A DNA stretch of 64,000 nucleotides from an uncultured Nitrososphaeraceae archaeon (GTDB lineage Archaea > Thermoproteota > Nitrososphaeria > Nitrososphaerales > Nitrososphaeraceae). Position 1 is the stretch's first letter. Each line of letters opens with the position of its first letter. A program made the position numbers and the translations under genes. Of the stretch, positions 55,094 to 64,000 are shown piece by piece. Below the pieces are notes generated by a model. It saw only the letters and a program-made list of their open reading frames with translations, was not told the origin of the DNA and searched no databases. The stretch is taken from positions 64,001 to 128,000 of the forward strand of contig CAVSMN010000020.1 of assembly GCA_963729045.1 (NCBI GenBank), in the 5' to 3' direction.

Positions 55094-56853
55094 TCAATTA
55101 TCCTCATCTTCTTCATCTGACTCTTCATCCAGGGAATCCTCTGATGTAGATGAAGATGTATCTGGTCCATTCACTATTACTTCGCCAACCATAGTGGGAT
55201 GATATATACAATAATAATCGAATTCTCCAGGACTGTCAAATGTCAGACTATAAGACTGATTTGGAATTATAGCATCAGAATCAAATAGATTGCCCTCATC
55301 CAAGTCACCATCCTGCCCAGAGGTTACCGTATGAGATATGGTATCTCCATTAAACCACGTTACTGTTTGTCCAGATTCAATCTCGATTGGTTCTGGCGAA
55401 TAGGAATCATCACCATCTATTCCCAAAATAACTGCCGAAACGGACTTGGATGCTAAAGTACCATTTTGAGGAGTGGAGCTTGGAGGGGAGCTTGGAGGTG
55501 GAGCTTGGCTGAGATTTTGGAACAATGCTATCAGATATAGGTAATATTCTATAAATTGATCCCGTGTAGCTTAAAATATACAAGTAACCATCTGGACCTA
55601 CCTGAATATCGGTTATTCCCCCGAAACCTTGTCCAAAGATCAGAGGTTGATTTTCTTTAGGCTCATCTACTTCATTATCTTCCAATAATTCCGTATTACC
55701 AACATAAGTATCATTTATAAAAATAGCGTCTCGTTCTTCGTTCAGTGTAAATCTATACAACAAGCCATTATTGATATCACCTACAAACATATTGTTTGCA
55801 AATTGATCTCCAAGTCTATGTGAATTTAAGAATTTAAGGGCTGTTACACCTATTGTCGTATCCCACACAAACTTTGGATCAGCATATTGGCCTTTTCCAA
55901 AATATACCAAATCTGCTTCTGTTGTACCATGTTCTAGTAAATCCTTGTCTACATAGCCCTGGACTTGAAACCAACCACTATTAAAACCAGGAAAAACAAG
56001 ATTAATTTCATCGCCTGCTACTGGTCCATTTTCTGTATCCCATAAGTTCCCTGTCAATGGATCGAAATCTATACCAAAACTATTTCGAATACCCATTGCA
56101 TAATATACATTAAGAGGCAACCCTTCACCAAATATTGGATCGCCGGGATCTACTATACCACCGTCTTGAGTGATTCGAAGTACGCCTCCTAGACCATTCG
56201 GGGCCGGCCCATCTATTATATTTTGGGCCTGGGTTCTGTGGCCCCCAACTTCCCCTATCAAATAGTAGACATTATTATCAGGACCAATTCGAATTTTACC
56301 ACCATTGTGCTCACCCCTACCATTTATTGGAATTGCGGTTAAATCCAATAATAACACTGGATTTATCAATCTACCATCAACAAATTCATAACGATATAAT
56401 CGATTTCCTAATGGATCAACAAGAGCATCAACATCACTGCCATCTACACCATTGCCTGATTCAGTATAAGATAGAAAAACATAAGTTTTTCCGTCAGGTT
56501 GTTTTGAAACAGCTATTCCTAGCAAGCCGCGTTCTATTGCACTTGCTACTGGTACATCAAGTACAGGTTGAGGCAACACAAAACCGTTTGTAACTCGCAT
56601 CACTTTACCCGTAGTTTTCTCAGTGACTAGAATATCATTAGGACCCAGAAACGCCATACTGGTAGGAAAATCCAAACCATCGGCTGATTTTTTCAACCGT
56701 AAGGGTATCATCGTTAACTGTGGGTCCAGCTGGGGATAAAGGGGCTTTAGCATAAGCCCCATAAGAAACCTGAACAAATGAAGAAGTAATGGTGGAAAGT
56801 AAAATCAGAGATATAGCGAAAAAAGAAATCAATAGTTTTGGTCTATAAAACAT
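55094..56853 (-). CDS. Secreted PQQ-dependent glucose/sorbosone dehydrogenase-like protein fused to a C-terminal blue-copper domain; frameshifts near 56690 and 55499
   Basis: Signal ORF 56638..56853; GLDFPTSMAF, ERGLLGIA, HNGG, GIRNSFG, ENG..DEIN, GPDGYLY; then PSS linker and SHTVTSG...YYCIYHPTM. Confidence 0.85.
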
Positions 56854-57179
56854 AGGTAAGTCTAATAATATAGAGAAATATTATAATTTAATTAAGGTTT
56901 CGTAATAATCCATCAAGGTTCATACCTATAGTTATTTCAACAAACCATACAAAACACTAATATTATGAGCAATTTTGAATTCTTAAGAATATAATGGAAT
57001 AGTAGTGAAATTCAAAGATTTATCCAATGGAAATAGGGGTCTATCCAACACATAACAATGAGTAAAAGTATCTTAGCTCCTCTCCTGTCCCTACAAGTAT
57101 ATCCTTATTTCGATATTCGGATAACCTCAATGTCCCAGTAAAAATTTTGAAAGGTATCAGATAAGAATCAAATACTAGA

Positions 57180-58174
57180 TTAGTCTTGACTCAAATAATA
57201 GATCTCATTCTTGGTCGAAACAGTTAATCCAGTATGTGGACCACCTCCTATTGCATATATCTTATCATCATATGAAGCGACACCTAATCCGTGTCGAGCA
57301 GTGGGCATAGGCAATTCTTCACTCCAAGTATCAGTAGCCGGATCATAACGTTCATTATTATTAAACGTTCCTTGATTTTGCTCACCTCCCAATACATAAA
57401 TTGATCCATTTACTGATGTGGCCGCAATACCACTCCTTTTTGACGGCATGGGTTCGAGATCAGTAGTCCATTGATCCAAAACAGGATCATATTTCTCGTT
57501 TACATCTACGTTTACTAAAGAACCAGTAAGTCTACCCCCCATCACATAAATATTTCCATCAACTACTGCAGAAGCAGCATTATGCCGAGCAGTTGGCATA
57601 GGGGCAAGTAAGGTCCATTGTTCAGTTAGTTGGTCGTACCCCTCAACATTACGAGAGAATGATCGTAACTATCCCCTCCAATTACATACAATATTCCATT
57701 AACGAAGTTTGCATTTGGCGAACCTCTGGTGTAGGCATAGGATTACCAAAAGTCCAATTGTTGGTAGCAGGATCATAAATTAACAGGTTGTTACTAGGGA
57801 TCCAATTCCCTGTATATCCCCCAACCAAATAAATCTTACCCCCATAGAGGGCTGCAGAAGCATGGTGAAGAGGTAAAGGTAACGACTTTATGTTTTGAAC
57901 CCAGGTATTATCAGTGGAATTGTACATTTCGACAATGTCTGTAATTTTACCGTCTAAAGTAAAACCACCTATCACATAAACTGCCTCTTCCAAATTAGCC
58001 GCTATTACCTCGGTTCTTGGATTTGGTAAAGCTGCACCCTCCATCCAAATAGATTCTACAGAGGGAGCCGGTGCTGCGAAAGAGGCATTGAATATACAAA
58101 ACCAAAAAAACTGCGACAAAAAAGATCGACAAGATATAAACAGAACGTAGAATAGGTGTAAGAAAAAGTTTCAT
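57180..58174 (-). CDS. Secreted Kelch-repeat protein, about 3 frameshifts (near 58110, 57725, 57650)
   Basis: Repeated YVIGG/YLVGG/YVMGG/YVLGG/YAIGG and YDP...W...PMPT.R; linking frame RGSPNANFVNGILYVIGGDSY; ATG 58174. Confidence 0.85.
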
Positions 58175-58785
58175 ATCCGTAGTTTAACCATAATAAATAT
58201 AAGATTGACGGTAATCCTCAAATATGATAACATCCTGATTTGTGACAATAAGGAGTTTGTAGAAATATAGATATCAATAGACCAATTCGACAGTATTTCG
58301 TCAACTACAATAACAATTAGGCAATTCGTCTCAATTTGTTCAATCATTTTCCTAATGACGGATACTAAAAGGTAATACTCAGTGATACATTATCAGCACT
58401 GAATTCTGAATTTACTACCAAGGTAAAGAGATCTATGCTCCAGAGTATATCATTTAATCTTTATCATAGAACAGTCAAGCATTTAATACCACTATTTGCA
58501 ATTACCATGATCACTTGGATAAATATGGATAAAGTAACAAATAAGTAAACAAAGGATATTGAAGTTAACCAAGGTAAGTGAACTAAATATGGTTATAATA
58601 ATTAGATTAGAATTCTCATCCCTATTTGGATTAGGATTGATCTGGAAGTCTAAAGAACATCTAAATCATTTTGAAGGACTAATCCCAATAGTAAAAGTTA
58701 AATATTTGAACCCCAAGGAAACGTGGAATGAATTTTTAGAATATATCATATTATTAAATATTTATATACATACGCCTTAGGATAA

Positions 58786-60004
58786 ATGAGGTTAGATTTT
58801 CCACCTAAATATACTGAAACTATAGGTGCTGTAAAGATTCACTCACTTCAAAAAATATATGAAATAGATTCCGGGTATAATTTTGGTACCACTTCGCAGG
58901 AACTTTAACAGGTCGACCATAGCATTTGACAGTAACACATTATCAAAGATATTTCAAGCCATGGCAGTAGTGATTCCAGTTAAGGATGAAAAATTGAGTC
59001 TTTTGGAAGGTGTTTTAAGCGGTATTCCTAACGAATGTCTAATAATCATAGTATCAAACAGTCAAAGACATCCCGTTGATAGATATGCTATGGAAGTAGA
59101 AATGGTTAAGCAGTATTCTCTGTTTTCAAATAAAAGGATTATCACAATACATCAAACGGATCCCAACCTTAGTAGAATTTTCCACAAGATTAATTACCCT
59201 TCAATTTTGGATCACAATAACCAAGTTCGTCAAGGCAAAGCAGAAGGAATGATAATTGGGATTTTGTTATCCAAATTGCTTAAGAAAGAGTATGTAGGGT
59301 TTGTAGACAGTGACAATTATTTTCCCGGAGCAGTAAATGAGTACATCAAGATTTTTGCATCGGGTTTTGCTATGTCGAATTCTCCTTTGTGTAATGTAAG
59401 AATATGCTGGCATTCTAAACCAAAAATAGCAAACAACAAAGTATATTTTCCGAAATGGGGAAGAATATCTGAACACAGTAACAAATACCTAAATGACTTG
59501 ATCTCATATATTACCGGATATGAGAGAGATATTATTACTACAGGAAATGCTGGAGAACACTCACTTTCTATGTCGCTTGCAGAAAACTTAGAATTCTCTA
59601 GTGGATATTCAGTAGAACCATATGAACTAATTAATATTTTAGAAAAATATGGAGGCATTATTTCCAATAAATCATTTGACATCGGACAGCATGGCGTAGA
59701 AATATTTCAGGTTGAAACAAGAAACCCCCACTTCCATGAAAATAAAGGAAATGAACATATTCAAGGAATGCTTCAAGAGTCCCTTAATGTAATTAATAAT
59801 AGTAAAATTTGCAATACTGAAATTACTACAGATATAAAAAATCATTTACTCATGTTACAGCAAAAAGATAGTCTTAGTAATATCAAATCAAATAATCAAA
59901 TTATCTTGATGGATCCGATTAAGACTATTGAGATAGATAAATTTCATGATCTTGTTGTAGATAGTCCGAGGTTATTACAACAATTTAACATTGATGAAAA
60001 ATAG
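58786..60004 (+). CDS. mpgS: Mannosyl-3-phosphoglycerate synthase, frameshift near 58905
   Basis: Upstream frame MRLDFPPKYTETIGAVKIHSLQKIYEIDSG; VIPVKDE...LEGVLSGIP, GKAEGM, GFVDSDNYFPGAVNEY, KWGRISE, TGNAGEH, ETRNPHFHE. Confidence 0.92.
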
Positions 60005-60189
60005 GACGGTCTAATTATATCAGGTAATTCAGTTCTAAACTTTAATAGGAAATAACCAATTCATGGTTTAGAATAACCATAAGATTCATTTCTCATTTTA
60101 GTTTTCTGGTATCGCAGTGAATTTGCTTGACTATTGACATTATTTATGTATTTATGGACAGGCACTAGTGATCACAATTCCCTCAATTG

Positions 60190-60789
60190 TACATGGCTAA
60201 GAAGTAAGGAACGGTTTTGGGCTTGCCATTGATCCAATATCAAACAAACTTTGGATACGGAAAATGGTACAGGTTATGGGATGAAATCAATTTGGTTGAG
60301 CCAGGGTTCAATAGCGGTTGGTTAAGATTTACAAGGCTGGTGGCCTGTTGAGAATGCACAACGCTACTCCCTGAGAGAGGTTATTTTGAAGACAAGATGG
60401 TAACAATACCGAATAACTTAAGAGACGTTTGCTAGATAAAGGAAAATACAGTAGTCAAGAATTTACTTGGAATATGTCTGTAGGAGTAACTGCTCTAGAA
60501 TTTCTTAAAAATGATACGTTAGGGAATCAATATCAAAATGACATGTTCGCTGCTGATTATAATAATGATTACTTGTATGATTTTGATCTAACTGAAGACA
60601 GAACACGCCTGGATCTAAATGGGAATCTAGCAGATAAAGTAGCTAACAATAACCAAGAACTTGATGATATCGTATTTGGACAAGGATTTGGTATTGCCAC
60701 TGACATTAAGGAAGGACTCAGACGGATATCTTTATGTTCTTTCTCATATACATGGCAATCTCTATAGAATAGTTCCTAATTCAGATTAA
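60190..60789 (+). pseudogene. C-terminal half of a second PQQ-dependent sugar dehydrogenase, multiply frameshifted
   Basis: VRNGFGLAIDP..KLW/TENG/EINLVEPGFNSGW, VGVTALEFL, FGQGFGIATDI, DGYLYVLS...LYRIVP; no N-terminal half upstream. Confidence 0.75.
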
Positions 60790-61163
60790 GATCTAATCTT
60801 TTTTCTTGATTCATGAGGTTTTGAAATCGAATTAATACACTTTTTTTATTTATTCTTTAATAAATCATAAAAATCACCAATCAAAACAACAAATTAGCAA
60901 AATTAGTCAAGATTTCTCAATCATGAAAAGATAATCAATCACAAATAATATATCCAAAAAAAGATGATCAAAAAATAAAGATCATTTAATAATAATTAGG
61001 AATCCATTACTAAAACATATCATAGTAAAAGTGAAAATTACAGAATCAAATTTTAAATGGAAACCAAATTTTGAATCTAACAAACCTATCCTTATATTAG
61101 AAAACAATCGCATGTATTATATAGTATTTTAATAAACTAAGGGTGTGAGATGAGGGATTACCA

Positions 61164-62392
61164 ATGACAATGCTAAATGTAAGTGATACCATACCAAAAA
61201 CCACAGAATATAAAAAATTTGTATCCATCATTATACCTACTTTTAACGAATCTAGGAATATTAAGAATTACTTAATCAAATTCAATCAAATATACCTTCA
61301 GGAACGAATGTAGAAATCATAATAGTAGACGATAACTCTCCTGACGGGACTGGTCTAATAGTCGAAAAATATATTGAATCTAACATGGGCACTTTACCTA
61401 GAGACAAATCAGTACAAGACATCTCAATTAAGGTAGTTCATAGAAAAGAAAAGACGGGCTTGATCTCGGCCCTTGTGAACGGAATCAGTACAAGTGAGGG
61501 ACAAAATGTCCTAATCATGGACGCAGATTTTTCACATCCTCCAGAGGTAATAAATAGAATGATATCAGAGTTAAAGAAGGAACCTAATTGCATCATCATT
61601 GGTTCTAGATATATTACAGGTGGGGCTATCAAGGGGATGCCCTTTAAGAGATTCTTGCTTAGTGCTGGAGCAAATTTTATTGCTAGACATGGATTGTGTT
61701 TAAAAAACATTTATGATCCGATGTCAGGCTTTTTTGCCTTTCCAAAGCATACACTTCACGACATAGAATTTAATACTGACGGGTTTAAGATACTGTTAGA
61801 AATTTTAATAAAGAAAAAAAACACTATCAAGGTAAAAGAGATACCCTATACCTTTAAGGATCGAAAATACGGACAGAGTAAACTTAGCTTTCCAATAATT
61901 TTAGATTATATTAAGGCAGTTTGGAAACTCTATCGATATGGAAGGAAATCTAAGAAACAAAACACTCAATTAGAAAAGAGAAAATCGGTTCGATTTATTT
62001 CAAAGGCGGCCAGGTTCTATACGGTAGGAGTTAGCGGCTTTGTTTTGAATTATTTGGTATCAATTCTTTTATCAAATGGAATCTTGGGAAGCTTTGGATA
62101 TTTACAAGCCACTGCAGTAGGGATAGCAGTTTCAGTAACCACAAATTTCTTATTAAACAAATTCTGGACTTTTGAAGACAAAAATGTCAATTTGACCCGA
62201 TTTATTAGACAATACGGAATGTTCGTTGGATGTAGTTCATTAGGCATCCTAATACAGTTTTTGTCAATTTATATGCTTAGAGAATCAGGTGTTCCATATG
62301 ATGTTTCACTCTTAATAGGAGTCACAATAGCATCAGTTAGCAATTTCTTATTTAATAAAAAATGGACTTTCAAGGAAAATATATGGGAATAA
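61164..62392 (+). CDS. Dolichol/polyprenol-phosphate mannosyltransferase-like GT2 with C-terminal GtrA domain, frameshift near 61263
   Basis: VSIIIPTFNESRNI then (shift) EIIIVDDNSPDGTG; MDADFSHPP, GSRY, DPMSGFF, GFKILLE; GtrA motifs NFLLNKFWTF, NFLFNKKWTF. Confidence 0.9.
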
Positions 62393-62428
62393 CAAATTGT
62401 GTAACTGAATCCATTTAGTTTCTAAAGT

Positions 62429-62581
62429 GTAATCGAACTGAGTTGATACCTGTATAATTTTAATTCAATAAGTGTTGGACTACAAATTATCTCTTCCATA
62501 AAGGTAATCAAACTGAGTTGATATCTATATAATCTTATTTCAACAGGTGTTCAACTACAAAGTTATCTTTTAGTGAAAGGT
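62429..62581. repeat. Imperfect 75-bp direct tandem repeat, 2 copies, intergenic
   Basis: GTAATC(G/A)AACTGAGTTGATA.CT.TATAAT...TTCAA.A.GTGTT..ACTACAAA.TTATCT...AAAGGT at 62429 and 62504. Confidence 0.8.
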
Positions 62582-62770
62582 TTGACACGAAATCTATATC
62601 AGAGAAGGTATGAATCATATACTAACAAAGATTCTAAAATAAAATAACGAAGAATCAAAAAAATCTCCCCATGATAGGACAACCCAAAGATGTCTAGTAC
62701 AAAGTTTCTGCCATATAACCATTAATAACTATATTAATTAATAAGCAAATATGAGAGGTATAGATAATTA

Positions 62771-63721
62771 ATGAATTCTATGTCTTCATCATTATCAGGT
62801 AGTAGTGAAACTGCGACCACAACTCCGATTACGACAAAAATTATCACTATTGCAGACTTAAATAACTTAAAAAAAGACCGAACAATTCTTATTGCTGGAT
62901 TTCCAGGGCCTGGACTAGTCGGTTCAATTAGTACAAGCTATATAATTGACAAATTAGAAATGTATCAGATTGCATTTGTAGAATCCCATTATATATCTCC
63001 CGGAGTAATATTTATTGATGGTAAGTTAAGGCATCCATTTAGGCTATATGCAAACAAAGAAGGAAATGTTTGCGTTTTGGTATGCGAAGCGCCTATAATG
63101 ATGGATGGTATACATTTTGTTCTAGATGCAGTAATGGATTGGGCGATGAAAAATTCAATAGAAGAAGTGATGGTTTTAGATGGAATTCCTGTTCAAGGCA
63201 TACCTGATTCTGATAGAAAAACAGTGATTTTGGCAAGCGAGAATATGGAACAGAATACAAATAAAGAAATTGAAGATACAGATAATGAAGTAAAAAAAGA
63301 CAAGGGAAGTGAAACCGAATATGCCTTGGATGATGGATCTAACCCGCAAAGTAATTTCAATCGAAAAGCGATTGAAGATTCAACTAAGAAGTATACTACA
63401 TTCATAGGAGGTATTGCAGGCGGATTGTTGTCTGCTTGTTTATCTAATCAAATTCCATGCGCTGCAATTCTCATTCCATCTTCGAGCGGAATTCCTGATC
63501 CTGAAGGCGCCTCCCTATTGATTGAATCCTTTAATAATTTCATAAAAGACAATAAACTAAAGATTGAGACAAGTCAATTGAGAGAACAAGGACAAAAATT
63601 GAAGAAACAATTAGAACAAATTATCAAAGCTGAACAGGAACAGCGTGCTGCTGGAGTAGGAGGAGGAGGAGGAGGACCAGAAGATGGGAACGTTCCAAGT
63701 CATCGATTGATGTATGGGTAA
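62771..63721 (+). CDS. PAC2/Pba-family proteasome assembly chaperone with C-terminal HbYX motif
   Basis: LIAGFPGPGLVGSISTSYIID, HPFRLY, IGGIAGGLL, PDPEGA; ends LMYG. Confidence 0.9.
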   Translation: MNSMSSSLSGSSETATTTPITTKIITIADLNNLKKDRTILIAGFPGPGLVGSISTSYIIDKLEMYQIAFVESHYISPGVIFIDGKLRHPFRLYANKEGNVCVLVCEAPIMMDGIHFVLDAVMDWAMKNSIEEVMVLDGIPVQGIPDSDRKTVILASENMEQNTNKEIEDTDNEVKKDKGSETEYALDDGSNPQSNFNRKAIEDSTKKYTTFIGGIAGGLLSACLSNQIPCAAILIPSSSGIPDPEGASLLIESFNNFIKDNKLKIETSQLREQGQKLKKQLEQIIKAEQEQRAAGVGGGGGGPEDGNVPSHRLMYG

Positions 63722-64000
63722 AGATTAAATCTTTTTCATAGAAATACAACATATATTTGAACACCTTGACTAAGCATATCAGAATTATCTTATCTACCCA
63801 CAATTATCAAATTATTCCAGAATGATATGATCCACCAGAGACAAAGAAATAATCTCGAGATGTCGGATGATTAGATATTTGAAATCACAATGGCAAATAA
63901 CAAGATTTCCTTAATTGTTTGATTGTTTGATTGTCTAATAAATATAGATATTAAATATTAGTATTACAACTAGATTCATACTAAGGAAATATTTTCCATT

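Noticed and set aside
58559..58780. 73-aa ORF upstream of mpgS
   Set aside because: TTG start, no motif, and overlaps the probable mpgS promoter
1..64000. Transposases, integrases, phage genes, defence systems, rRNA
   Set aside because: No ORF with DDE, tyrosine-recombinase, nuclease, capsid or cas motifs, and no long GC-rich structured RNA region

Overview
AT-rich (roughly 30% GC by eye) archaeal chromosomal region. The gene content (two-domain multicopper oxidase, cupredoxins, CopD, Vgb/NHL/Kelch propellers, PQQ-type sugar dehydrogenase, FxLYD protein, archaeal proteasome subunits, MpgS) points to a soil ammonia-oxidising archaeon of the Nitrososphaeraceae, most like Ca. Nitrosocosmicus; this is an inference. 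The window is dominated by secreted or membrane proteins, many with plausible copper ligands. They include two paralogous families that I cannot assign to a named family: four copies with invariant W/M/HxH/HF residues, and two copies with a mature N-terminal His and a C-terminal HxxxH. It also holds a divergent beta-alpha proteasome pair (propeptide-less beta, alpha lacking the canonical gate residues), with an HbYX-bearing PAC2/Pba chaperone about 11 kb away. Other content: a Pit/DUF47 phosphate pair, mannose-related enzymes, several Cys-rich microproteins below the ORF-track cutoff, and two tRNA-3'-end-like fragments. At least 12 genes are broken by small indels, most likely sequencing/assembly errors. 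No rRNA, complete tRNA, CRISPR array, transposase or integrase was seen.
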